Position numbers and translations under genes: made by a program. A model generated the notes under the pieces. That model was not told the DNA's origin. It searched no databases and worked only from the letters and a program-made list of their open reading frames with translations. Of a stretch of 64,000 nucleotides of DNA, positions 26,842-39,139 are shown one piece after another. The stretch spans positions 86,058,001 to 86,122,000 of the forward strand of contig OZ076409.1 in assembly GCA_964187785.1 (NCBI GenBank), written 5' to 3'. Source of the DNA: Amphiscolops sp. MND2022 (taxonomy: Eukaryota). How positions within the stretch are numbered: position 1 is the first letter of the stretch; each line of letters opens with the position of its first letter.

Positions 26842-27726
26842 TGTCACAGTCCGCGCTCGTTTAAGCCGCGTCAAGATTAGGTCCATTCTCCACCTGAAAT
26901 CTTTAGTGAAAGACGCCTTTCCAAAGATCATAGCTGAACCTAAAAAGAAAATTACAAAGCAAATTAGAGAACAAAGCATTTTGCCTATTCTGAGAAAAGG
27001 CAGCTTAATTGCACTTTGAAAGGCAATCAACGCGGATTAGGACGACGATGCGTCGCTAAATAAATAAATATGGCAACGCCAACCAGTATTGTTATGTTTG
27101 TGACGTCGCTACAGTGTAGTTGGTATTGAAAGATTACTCTGTGACGCCACAGTCTCGTAGAGGTATAGCTAGATTTCATTCCAAAATTTGGTCAACACTA
27201 CGTTGCAAATTTATGAAATTAGGCGTTTTAACTAGTTATTTCATGAGAATGCTATTTTCGTAAAGGAACTCCTTAACACGTAAAACACGTTTAAACACGT
27301 AAAACACGTTTTGATCATACCAGCTATCAGAAAATATGTAATGGAACAATGACCTTCCGTCTATCTTGCGATTTAAAGGATTAAAGCCATCCGAATTGGA
27401 GGTAAGGTCATTTTTACGCACGTATCTTAACTTAAAAGTAATTTCCTATGGCTCGTAGATGAGAAGTCACAGTTTATAAACATAATGAAGCAGATTATAT
27501 TTATTTTCGTATTGCAACGGTATTTTATACTTGTGTCTCTTTTTGAATGATGTTGCTCTTTATATTGCCGCCAAACCAGAATGTCGTCACTGTGTCGTGA
27601 CTGAATTTGAACCTGACTTAAAAGTTGGAATTCATTAACCATAAACGTTGCACCATGTAATTCTTGCCGTTTGTTGTTTTGTACTAAATTGATACTATTT
27701 CCACAATTGGTCCTTAAAATAATCAG
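26842..27726 (+). mobile_element. Diverged LTR related to the 40938 element, cut by the gap
   Basis: Starts TGTCACAGTCCGCGC; shares AGCTAGATTTCATTCCAAAA, AAATTAGGCGTTTTA and AGTCACAGTTTATA motifs with LTR 40938-42489. Confidence 0.7.
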
Positions 27727-27926
27727 NNNNNNNNNNNNNNNNNNNNNNNNNNNNNNNNNNNNNNNNNNNNNNNNNNNNNNNNNNNNNNNNNNNNNNNNNN
27801 NNNNNNNNNNNNNNNNNNNNNNNNNNNNNNNNNNNNNNNNNNNNNNNNNNNNNNNNNNNNNNNNNNNNNNNNNNNNNNNNNNNNNNNNNNNNNNNNNNNN
27901 NNNNNNNNNNNNNNNNNNNNNNNNNN
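27727..27926. other. Assembly gap (200 N)
   Basis: Run of N. Confidence 1.
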
Positions 27927-28777
27927 GGTGTTGATTTTGAAACGCTGCTGTTCAGAAATGTTGCCTCGTTTAAAAATTTATTGATGTAGTCACCTTGTTA
28001 ACTGGTGTTTTTAACCAATTGTCTCAAACTGTGCCGGTTGCTGTCGTCGCTTCGGTGTTCCATTGGCTGGTAACTGTCTCCAGCCATAATTTCTCTGTGT
28101 TGTGTTTTTGATTATTTCAGCTATTTCAGTTCTCGTTAGGTCTAGACGGATCCTAAACAGTTCTTTGAGAATTATGAACAAATCTTTTTTAGTCTTGTTC
28201 TCCATTTTCCACTCCACCAGTTTCAAATTTTTTGTTTCTCCTCCGCATGATCTCCATAATCTCTGTTGTCGAAATAACTGTAGTTCTATCCTAATAAAAT
28301 TAGAGTTTTTTCGATTGTTTCTGAACTTTATCCAATCGGCCACGTTCATGTTTGCTCAATTGTTGTGTTCACGTTTTGGGCTTTGTGAAATGTTCTGTTA
28401 CTGTGGGATCGGTCGATTCATTTATTCTCGTTTTCCGGTGCCTTTGTGATTGGTTTGTAAATGTTTGCCTCCCTTAATGACAGTATCCGGGATTTTTTCT
28501 GCGAAACTCCGTAAACATGTTACTACCATCATTGTGTGGTTATTCATTATCAACGAATGCTAACCGATACATCCATGTGGGTAATTTTGCACAGCATCGT
28601 ATGTTATATTTTTACTGTTACATTCTGATGTTTGGTGGTCGTACAGGTATTTATCTAACCCCAAAGTACTGCAAGCAATTCCAGTTCTCCAATTAAATAA
28701 TCACCTTGTTGTCATTTATACATCGCCTTCGGATTTTTTACCAAAGTCTTTTTACCATTTCGTGAAAATCATTTTCC

Positions 28778-29112
28778 GGATCACTTTCACTATATCCCCC
28801 CTACAGCAAAAAAGGGGGCTATGTCCCCCTTTTTTGCTGTAGGGGGGATATAGTGAAACGCTATTAAATACATGTATTGCACATTCTAATAGCGCAGATC
28901 TGCTCTTATCTAACAACGCTTCTGATTGGCTGAGTGGGGATTTTGATAATAAGAACCAATAAAAAGTGTCGTTAATTATGACGAGATCAATTGATTGACA
29001 GAATAGCATGTGAGATTAGCCAATAGGAGATAAATGAGCCACAAACATTCTTTCTCTCTAGGGCGGACATAGTGTAACGAGTGATATAGGGGGGACATAG
29101 TGAAAGAGATAT
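28778..29112. mobile_element. MITE with 8-bp TSD and an internal perfect hairpin
   Basis: TIR-like ...TTTCACTATATCCCCCCTA / TAGGGGGGACATAGTGAAAG...; CATTTTCC on both flanks (28770-28777, 29113-29120); 34-bp perfect arms with 6-nt loop at 28785-28858. Confidence 0.7.
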
Positions 29113-29392
29113 CATTTTCCTAATGAGTTTCGCATTTTCAGTTAAAATTTCAAGACTAATGAAATCTTTTCTGGAAGCAATAAGCGAACAATTTTTTCCA
29201 AAATTTTCACACAACAGATAAATTACGACATTTACAAAAGAAAGTTTAGTCTTTCGCATTTGGATATTCTAATGCTAAACCAATACTTTTTTTGTTTCAT
29301 TTCAATTCCGTTTTCATCGATCTCGTGTCCCAACTGCACAATTTTGTTGTTGGCAAAATTCAAATCTTCCCTCAATAGCAAGATATTCCGCA

Positions 29393-30110
29393 TTTTTAGT
29401 CGGCGCTTCATGAAGTGAAACGCGACTATTATAGTGGCTTTTCTTTTTTTTCAATCCACACGAACTGACCAAAATAGTTCTTAAAAGTTCTACAAAGTTT
29501 TTTTGCACCAAATTGCACTATTTGGTCTAGCGAACTGAACCAAAAAAGTTTTTCCTGTTTTCCCGCGTAACATATCATACCGTACGAGACCAAATGGTCC
29601 CCCTTTCAATTTTTTTCAGCACTGCGAGACATTTTTCTCGGAAAAAAAATTTCCCCAAAGGGCCCCCTTCAATTTTTTTTGCTGTTTTGCGACAGAATGG
29701 ATGTTGAAAAATCCCAAAGGGTCCCCCCTTTCAGTTTTTTTCGGTAGTGTGAGATTGTTTTCCGAAAATAAAACTTTTCCCCCTTCAATTGTTTGATGTT
29801 TCGCGACAAAAGGGATGTTGAAAAACCCCAAAGGGTCCCCCCTTTTAGTTTTTCGGCATTGTGAGACTTTTTTTCGAAAATTTGTTTTTTCTGCAAAGGG
29901 TCCCCCCATTCAACTGCGACAAAAATGTTGACAATTTCGGAAGTGTCCCCCTTTTAGCGCGCCAGGGGCTCGTGTTAGCGGGCCCCGGCGCGCCACTCGG
30001 TTCATTTTTTGCTTTTTTGATTTTCGAGTACTGTAAATTGACTCTTGGAAGTCCTTTTGCTATTTTTGAGCCTTGGATATAGCGCCGACTTGGGCCGGTC
30101 CCGGTTTGTT
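29393..30110 (+). mobile_element. Helentron/DINE-like (HINE) element, most complete copy
   Basis: 5' TTTTT-AGTCGGCGC; 3' GCGCCGACT subterminal IR followed by hairpin GCCGGTCCCGG and TTTGTT; internal tandem AAAGGGTCCCCCCTTT units; no TSD. Confidence 0.7.
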
Positions 30111-30494
30111 CCGTATTATCTCGAGATCAATAGTTTTTCCAAGCTTTTTGTCGTTCCTATTGTTTCTGCAATAACGTTGTTAAGACATGCCGGTGTACAA
30201 TATTCTGATTTTCTGTGGACTTTTCCCTAAAAGAGTGTAGTGATATCAGCTAACCTGATTTTTCTGGAGGTTTCTTAAAATAGAATTTTTTTAAACATCG
30301 GTATCAACCGCCAGAGTCCGGATTATAGTGATAACCCACTTTCTCACCTTTTTTACGCACTTTTGCCTCATTTTCAAGTTCAAGCATTAAATTACATTTC
30401 AGGTAATTTATGGCGGGAAAAAAGATGAAAACTTTTGTTCAGCATCAAAGAGGAAAACATGAAAGCTTTTGTTTGCTTTTCTTAAAGAGGACCC

Positions 30495-33400
30495 TTTTAT
30501 TATCTCACTTGTCGGAAAAATAATTATTTATGAATGACAATTTGCGTTGTGTTGAGTTACGATAAAATGGGGAATTGTCTTTGATGAGAAATGATAAGGT
30601 TTCAAATAATGTTATTCAAATGATAAAATTAATGAGGTTATCGTTTAAGAAAGCGGGTTTAAAAATCTTACTCTTTTAAAGAAATTTCTTTCCAAATCCT
30701 TTTGTGGCACTTGTTGCCGAAGAAGAAAATTAGGTGGATCTTACTTCAGAAAATAGTTGAATTTCCTTGTAGATTGCCTTCTGGAGTTGTCAAGTTGTTG
30801 AAGATTAGAGAGTAAACGTCAATTGTAGTTATGGAATTGAAAGTTTCATTCAAAAAAACTAAACTTGCCTTTTGATTTGGCTTGAGAGAACACAAACAAT
30901 GAGTCAGCCTTTGATCAAAACATAATCATGAGTCAATTTTATTTGGAGTTCACGACACACTCCCCACGGGCTAAGAGTCCTCTTCATCATCGTGCAAAGT
31001 ATCTTTGAGACATTTTAAAGCATGAGTAAAAGCTTTGCGTCGGGTCTGCAATCACCGCTCAAACTTGAATCATTCTTGTCCTCTGACATCTCTACTTCTG
31101 AGGTATTACTCTCTTGAAGCTCTTCTGCAGGCTGATCAGGCTTCGATTCTTGTGTTGTTGTCAGTTCTAGAGGGTACAATTTATAGTGCTCGGGTGATGT
31201 CATGTCCTTGTGTTCTGACTCGAGCTGATCTTTCGTGTCCGTCATTTCCTTCGTACAGTTCTTCGATTCTTCCTATTTTCCATGTCGAGCGAGGTGTGTC
31301 ATCGTATACCAGTACTATATCGCCTTCCGCGGCTGTTATTTGAGATGTCTTCATTTATTGGCTTCTTGGCGTTCTCTTAGAAAACTCAAATACTCTGTTT
31401 TCCATCTGTTCCAAATACTTTGCTGTAGCCGTGTCAAATAGAATAGTCTTTGATTGGCTTGCATGTGTCCGAGGTCTCTCTCGATAATGTTGTCTTCGGG
31501 TTCTTCAAGGTGGGGTAATGTTGACAGGATTCGTCCATTGATGAGATGTGACGGTGTCAATGCTGTAGGTGATGTAGGTGTTGTGTCGCTTTCCACGTAT
31601 GTTAGGGGTCTGTTGTTGACTGTGGCTTCGGTTTCTTTCAGGATCCTGTGGAGTTCTGTTTGTGTCAGTAAAGCCTTTCCTAGAATTTTCTTCAGTGTGT
31701 TTTTGACAATACCGACAAGTCTTACGTACAATCCTCCCCACAATGGTGATCTTCCAGGAATGTGTATCCATTTGATTTGGTGCTTGCTGAAGTGATGTTG
31801 AATGGCGTCGTCTTCCAAAACAGTCTTGATTCCTGATTCTCCTGCAATGAAATAAGTTGCATTATCCGATACAACTGTTGTTGGAACGGATTTTCCCGCG
31901 CAAAAACGGCGGAACCCGAGTAGAAAGTGTTCGGTTGTTAAATCTGTCACAAGCTCCAGGTGTACTGCACATGTGATGCAGCAGGCGAAAACTGCAATGT
32001 AGACTTTGGATTGTTCTGCGGTGTTTGATTTGACAAAAAGGTGTCCTGTATAGTCAATTCCGACAGCCCTGAAGGGTGGTGCTGAGTTGATGCGATAGCT
32101 GGGTAGCGCTGGTCGGTCCAGGTATCTGTAACTCTTGCTGTTTATGCGACGGCAGGTGTTGCAGTTCAGGAGAATCTTCTGGGTGAAACTTCTTCCTCTG
32201 GGGATCCAAAATTGTGTCCTTAATTGTATTAAAGTTGCTCTGGTTCCGGAGTGTAGAATTCTCTTGTGTCAGTCTTCCACAATCAGCTTTGCCAATTGAT
32301 CCTGGGTAAGTAGTATGGGCTTCTTTTCTTCAAGTGATAGATCGTTGCAATTTCCCGAACGTCCTCGGCATCGGATGATGTCATGTTGATCGATAAAATG
32401 TCCGAGACTTTTGATGAGTTGATTTTTCTTTCCAAGATGTAGTAGTTTCCTAATTTCGGCGTGTGATGTATCTTGTGACTGACGAATGATGTTGAAGAGT
32501 GCTGCCCGTTCTTCGGTTCGAGTTAGTGGTTTGAGTTCTTTTGTGACTAGGGAGTTCCTATTGAGGTGTTTGTTTCAAGTTTGTTGGGAAACGGTTGATC
32601 CATGCGCGAGTCCGAATCAATTTTCTCGAACGAGAGTGGCGTTCCATGTTGAATACTGTTACGGTTGTCTCGTGTGACAACGCAAACTTGAGTGTTGTGA
32701 AATTGCAGAACGTTTCTAAGTAGTTTCTCATCTCTTCCGTTAATTCAGGTAGGTGTAAGTTGTTTTTATACAGGGCATCTTCGGGTTTACCCAAAATTGC
32801 TCTGATTCTTCTACTTCATTGAGTGTGGTCTGTGTTAAGGGTATCTTCGAGGCTACCCTGTCTTGCTGTATAGGATTGAGTTTTTGTTTCGAGGGTATCT
32901 TGGGGTTTACCCTCTGGTCGTTCTTCTTGCCTTCTGGGGAAGCTGCGTATTCAAATGGTTCCGAGACGTCTTGAGGAGTTGTCTTCATCTTCTCTAAGAT
33001 CCTAAGTGATGGGCCGTGCCACCAAAGTTGTTGTCTGGATTCTTTCGGTTGACTTATGCGGGTAGCAATGTCGGCTGGATTGTGGTTCGTTGGAAGGAAG
33101 AAGAAACTACATTTGTAGTTGTTGATCATGTTCACTCGGTTGCGAACAAAAGTTTTCAGTGGCTTGGTTGATTTGAGCCAAGCCAGACAAACTTGTGAAT
33201 CGCTCCAGTATGTTGTTTTACCACGATGGGCAGGTGTTGAAGAGTTTGTTGTAGAAAGTTTCCAAGCTGTGAGCCGAGGGCCATTGCCATCAACTCAAGT
33301 TCGGGTATGGTCTTTTGTGATACTGGGGCAAGTCTGCTCTTCGCCACGTGAAGCTCCCCATTAAGATAGGCAGCTGCTGCGTATGTTCTTAGCAAGCTAT

Positions 33401-36400
33401 CCACAAAGATGTCCCCGCAATTTTTCTGTGTAATCGTTATGTGTCTGGGTCTCACGAATAATGTTGCATTGGCTAAATCGGCGGCAATTGTGTTCCATTC
33501 TTCTTTCTTCTGTTTCGGTAGTTCCTCGTCCCATGTCCAATTTTCGTTCCAAAGTTCTCTTTATAAAGAGTTTGGTTTTGAGTGTTGCTGGGGTTGTCCA
33601 TCCAAAAGGGTCAAAAAGTGTCGCAAACTGGCTGAAAATTTTCCTTTTTGTCCAAACTGCTTCCGAGTGTTGCTTGAATGGTTCCAAGGATAACTGATCT
33701 TCTTTGGTTGTCCATTGCAGTCCAAGGACGTGTGTATCTCGTTTTCCGGCAATTCCTTGCTGTTCCAGGTGATTCATTATGTTTGGGTGGTTTGAAGTCC
33801 ATTCGCGAATGTTCATTGATGCTTCTTGAAAGATCTTCCTGGTCCTTTTGAAATAATTTTTTGCTTCTTCTTCGGTGTCGGTTCCTGTGACAAGGTTGTC
33901 CACAAGTATTTTCCTTCCAATGTCCAGTGCTGTGTGCTCCAGGTTGTTTTTCTTTAAATGGTGCTGTAAAACGGCTGCGATGATGAAAGAAGATGCTGGA
34001 GATCCAAAAATGTTAACGTTGAAGTGGTAGACAGCTAGTTGTCCATTTCCTTGATCTTCGTCTTCGGGGTTGCGTAGGTGGTAAAATCTCAAGTATCTTC
34101 GGTCTTCTTCTTTGATTTTCACTTGAAGAAAGGCTTTTTCGATGTCTGCTGTCAAGGCAATCCGAGTTGAATGACATTCCCAATTGTTTGTCGTTGCAAC
34201 TGGCGTCAAAGACAATCCTAACTTTGGTGTGAATGGAGTTATCTTTGTAGACGGCATGCCAGGGCAGATTGCTGCACTTGTCGTCGTTGTAGTTGTAGTT
34301 AGTCGCCAGGCTGATGAATCCACGTCGTTGGTAATCTCCAAAAATGTCCTTCAACTTCCGGAAGAGTTTTTTGTCGGTTGACATTTTCTCGATCATGTTT
34401 CCTGCTCTGTGATATGCTATGTGTCGATTTGTCGGAATCTTTGATTTGTCACATTCCGGTGTCCATGGTAGAGATGCTGTATATTGCCCAGTCTTTGGGT
34501 TCTGGACTAAAGTCTGTAGAAAGTCGTCTATTTGATTATCTTGTGTCCGGCAAACGTCGGGCTCATCTTGTATTTTTCGAAGGGATGCTGTGGTTCTTTG
34601 ATGTGTTCTTTGTCTGTAACAATGAGAGCTGTTTGTGTTGTTGTGAAGTAACTGTCTATCTGTGGAGCATTGTGTTGACCACCACAGACAAGATATCCAA
34701 CTTTGGTTTCTACTGCGACTGTTCCATTGTTTAGTCGGATGATTCCATCTTTTACCACTGAGTAGTAGAAGTCTGATGCGATGAGGAGGTTGATTTCTCT
34801 TCCTTTCTTGACTGGTTCCACAATAGGTTTGTCCTTCAGTTGTTCTTCTTTTCTGTATCGGTAGAGCTGGCGAACTTTCGGTGTACAAATCTTGGGTACA
34901 ACAATTGCTTTCAGGTGAACATGTCCTTCATTTGTCTTTAACGTGATGGGTCTATTGTTGTAGCATCTGTCCGTTTTGTCTGCAGATCCAAAGTGTGAAA
35001 TGCTAAGTCGTTGATGGGATGTTGTAGGTAGCTGGAGTTTCTGTGCTAGGTTGAGAGTACAAAAGGTGTCGGAGCTTCCGTAGTCCAGTAGAACTGCCGC
35101 TTTCACTGTTTTGTTTCCGTTTGCTACGGTTGCCATGAACGTCTTTAGGATCCCGATCTGATTGGCGTAGGTGAAGTTCGATTGTACTTCTTCAGTCTTC
35201 GCTGTGTCTTCTTTCTTCTTTTCTCCGATGCGTTCCTTGTAAAGAGCTGTGTGGTGATTTCCGCCGCACTTCCGGCACGTTCCTCTTTCGCATTGAGCTG
35301 CAAAAGACGATCCATCCTGGTGCTTTTTCAGACAGTTGAAAAATAGTGGTTTCCGTTTGACTACTTCGAGGCAATCATTGACCTTGTTGCGTTTTGGGCA
35401 GTCGCTGGCGCGATGTGATGATCCACAGAAAGAACACTCCGCTGCTGGTTTCCTTTGTCCTGTGTAGTCCTTCGTTACGTATCCAGTTCTGTGTTGTGTT
35501 CTTGAACTTTGTGTTTTTGGTCGGTGTAAAAGGCTGCAGTCGAATGGTTGCAATTTTGTTATTGAGTTTATTTCTTTAGTTTTGTCTTGTTCCATACCTT
35601 GTAGTTATCTCTTGAGGGCTGTAAGGAAGTCATCAATAGTCCATGTTGTCTTTCTGTGATCTCTGGCTAAACATCTTTTCAGATCTCCGGATAGCTTGTC
35701 CATCAGGAGTAGAGTTAAGAGATCTGCAATTTCTTCTTTCTTCTTGTTCTGGGCTTCGAGTCCACGTATGTGTAGTTCCAAGTTGTCAAAAAACTGCTTC
35801 AAGTGAGTGTATCCTTCTGTCTTTGGGTCCAAGTTGAGTAGTTTTCTGTAGTGTGCTTCGATGATGCATGCAAAGTTTGTCACCGTATCTGTCCTTAAGG
35901 ATGTCCAATGCTGAGTTGTAGTTTGCTGCTGTCATTTCCAAGTTGGCGATTAGTGTTGATGGTTCACCTTGTAGAGTTGTCTTCAGGTAACTGAAATTCT
36001 GAACTGATGTTAGTGTGGTGAGTGAATTAATGTTGGCATCGAACAATTCCCAGTAAGATGGGAAGCTCAATACATCTCCTTTAAACGTAGGCATCTCTGG
36101 CTTTGGGAGTCTTGTTATTTGTTTGCTGGAGGGTGCTGTTTCCATCGGCGTTTCTTCTTTGCTGTGTTGATTCGTCTTTAGTTATTGAAAGTCTTTTTAC
36201 CATCATGTCTAGTTCAAAAATACAATTGTCGATTTCCTCCCTGAAGGAAATAGTTTCCTCGATTTCTTCTTCCAATTTTTCCAATGACGTGAGTGCTTCA
36301 ATTTCGTCGTTTCTTTTTGACAGGTCTACTTTCTTCGATGCAATTTGTTGTTTAAGTTTTGTCAGGGCTTCCAGTGTTGTATCTTCTTTTGTAATAATTC

Positions 36401-37016
36401 TAATGCTTGGTTCAATAACCGTCGCATATAACCCTTGTGGGATCTTCTAGAGAGTTTTGATCGTAGCAGTAGCGGTTCTTCAATGTTGTTTTCTGTTGGT
36501 TGTATGCCTTCCATTTCATTTGCAACTGTTGGGGATCCTGGTCTGGACACCATTTTATAATCTCATTTGTCGAGAAAATAATTATTATGAATGAAAATTT
36601 GCGTTGTGTTGAGTTTCGATAAAATGGGGAATTGTGTTTGATGAGAAATGGTAAGGTTTCAAATAATGTTATTCAAATGATAAAGTTAATGAGGTTATCG
36701 TTTAAGAAAGCGGGATTAAAAATCTTACTCTTTTAAAGAAACTTCTCTCCAAATCCTTTTGTGGCACTTGTTGCCGAAGAAGAAAATTAGGTGGATCTTA
36801 CTTCAGAAAATAGTTGAACTTCCTTGTAGATTCCCTTCTGGAGTCGTCAAGTTGTTGAAGATTAGAGAGTAAACGTCAATTGTAATTATGGAGTTAAGAG
36901 TTTCATTCAAAAAGAAATTAAATTTGCCTTTTGATTTGGCTTGAGAGAACACAAACAATGAGTCAGCCTTTGATCAAAACATAATCATGAGTCAATTTTA
37001 TTTGGAGTTCACGACA
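30495..37016 (-). mobile_element. BEL/Pao LTR retrotransposon with both LTRs, decayed
   Basis: LTRs 36553-37016 (5') and 30495-30957 (3'), about 5% diverged by manual count; PBS TGGTGTCCAGACCAGGAT; PPT GTGGGGAGTG; probable TSD GACCC/CACCC. Confidence 0.95.
31015..36553 (-). pseudogene. BEL/Pao gag-pol, frameshifted
   Basis: Gag LPKPEMPTFKGD, knuckles CSFCGSSHRASDC and CRKCGGNHHTAL, protease VLLDYGS, RT RIVFDAS / ADIEKAFLQ / LVDN, RNase H AKSRLAP / NPADIATR, integrase VSDNATYF, NNRPLTY, LTPSHLI. Confidence 0.93.
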
Positions 37017-37110
37017 CACCCAATTATTGACCGTCATTTCTAAAGGACCTTCATTATTGAACTTTTTCGCTGGTTTTGTTTGCATTGTTGATAATTTTAC
37101 TTAAGCAGAA

Positions 37111-37827
37111 ATGTTCTGGAACTATTTTATTAAAAGCCTAACTGGTGGCGAGAGCGTATGGGAGTGTAGAACTGTTAAAAATGACGTATTTTGTAAATTA
37201 GGTTGTACTGTTTTTAATTACGATGAATTTAATGTCAAATGGCAATGCGACAGACACTCAACTCCGGAAAAGCACGTGAAACAAGGTCGTTTGAACGCAA
37301 AAAGACAGCAGAGTTTTTCATTTGCAGCCAATTTGGTCAGTAAAAGCCCTTTTTACTGATCTTGCAGAGGCGTTTGTTTGTGCTAATATTCCGTTCAAAA
37401 AGTTGCAAAACCCAGTTGTTAAAACTTTTTTGAAAAATTTTCTGCCAAATCAGCACCCGATGAGTCTACCGTACGAAAATCTTACCTGCCATCACATTTC
37501 AATCTTTGGAAATTATCAAAAAATCTGTCGGCTGTTTTACTCGTAGAACCCTACAAGGCAAAATTACAAAACCTCATTCAAAATAATCCGGATTATGCAA
37601 AATTGAAAGAATTGAAAAATTTTCTGGATGGAAAAGATGTCTCGACACAAAGTCGTATTTCTCCACTGCTGGCACCCTTGTACAAGTTTGCCCCGATGAG
37701 CTCAGCAGTTATTGAGAGAGTTTTCTCCTCCAAGGGAGATGTTATTTCCCCAAAATGACGATCTTTGACTGGTGAGCATTTAAAATTTCATAATATTTTA
37801 AACTGGAATATGTTTGAAAAGCAATAA
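37111..37827 (+). pseudogene. hAT transposase remnant (CGGBP1-like N-terminus plus hATC dimerisation domain; catalytic core missing)
   Basis: VFCKLGC...CDRHSTPEKH zinc-finger-like, FTDLAEAFVCANIPFKKLQNP, then KFAPMSSAVIERVFS...RSLTGEHLK. Confidence 0.8.
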
Positions 37828-38719
37828 ATTTTCTTGAAAATATTTAGGTTTTACGCACTTTTTTGAGCACTTTTAGCTACTTTTTTACGCTCTGTAGTGT
37901 GCACTTTTTGAGTGTTTTTGGGGCACCAAAATCGGGCTCTGTCAACCGCCATCATTACCTTCAGTTATAGGAAATACGCATTGCCGGCTTGTTTCATCTA
38001 ATGAATTCATTCAGCCAAAACAATTAATTTTTGTCCGGTCTTTAGTTTTTTCTCAGAATCTTTTCCTTCAGCAGATGTTTAATGCAGCTGTCATTCATGC
38101 AGCTAGTATCCTAACAAATCTCCACTGATTTATCGTTCTCAGTCGATGTCACAACTGGGGTTACCCAAAAATCTTCAAGTACATGCTTTCGTTTTTTAGA
38201 ATGTACCAACTGCTTCAGCTTTTATAGTTCTAGTCCGACTTTCTTTGGAAACGTAGTAGTATCGACATAGCTTTTTGTTCAACAGGGTACTGTCCCAGTT
38301 CTAATTTGATCTTAACTTCAGCGTCTTTGTTTGTGTTATGAACATGTCCAAAAATCTGTTGAAGATTGCTTTTTTGTCATTGGTTGTTGTCATCCAAACG
38401 GACGTCAGTTTAAATTAATCATCCAGCCAGTCCGTTCTGACCCGTGATTGTAAATTGTGTCTTTCATATTTGTTGTTGTGTCATTCAATATCTACCGGTA
38501 ATTTATTAAGTTCACGGTCAGCGTTTGTTATCGGCTGTTTTCTATTATTTTTTGTATTTCGAATTGTTTGATGAACTTTTTGTGTACCGACAGAATTTTG
38601 GAAGTAGATGATCCGGTAATTACATTGAATTCTTTTTTGATTTCGTTGTCTTTTACGTTTAATGTCGATTTTTTTGCATTCACTTTTCTATTGACTTTTC
38701 TTAGTCATGGCTTGTCGTC

Positions 38720-39139
38720 AGTGTTTTTTTAGCAATACACCTGAAGTCATCAAAATAGTTTTACCAAAAGTTCTACAAACTTTTAAAAGAAGATGCCAAG
38801 TTGTACCCGTTGGCCCAAGGAACTGAACCAAAAAGGTTTCCCGCGTAAGATACAATACTGGAACAGACCAAAGAGTCCCTCTTTCAGTTTTTTTCGGCAC
38901 TGTGAGACTTTTTTTCGGAAAAATTGTCCCCTAAGGGTCCCCCTTCAATTTTTTTAGTTTTGCGACAGAATGGATGTTGAAAAATCCCAAAGGGTCCCCC
39001 CTTTTAATTTTTAGGGGCATTGTGAGACTTTCAAAAAAATTTTCGAGTGTTGTAGAAGAAAATACTTTGACACTTTTAAGTCCCTTTGGTATTTTTGAGC
39101 CTTAGATATTGCGCCAACTTGGGCCGGTCCCGGCTTGTT
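38720..39139 (+). mobile_element. Helentron/DINE-like element, 5'-truncated
   Basis: Ends GCGCCAACTTGGGCCGGTCCCGGCTTGTT like 30081-30110; same internal repeats. Confidence 0.7.

Larger units (their letters stand above)
30312..37941 (+). mobile_element. hAT transposon (CGGBP1-like), internally deleted, interrupted by a BEL/Pao element
   Basis: TIRs CAGAGTCCG / CGGGCTCTG; perfect 8-bp TSD TCAACCGC (30304-30311, 37942-37949); subterminal GCACTTTT repeats. Confidence 0.9.

Noticed and set aside
27671..27934. ORF spanning the N-run
   Set aside because: Artefact of the assembly gap.
29616..30230. Short ORFs in HINE repeats, and antisense ORFs over gag-pol regions
   Set aside because: By-products of repeats or shadows of coding sequence on the other strand.
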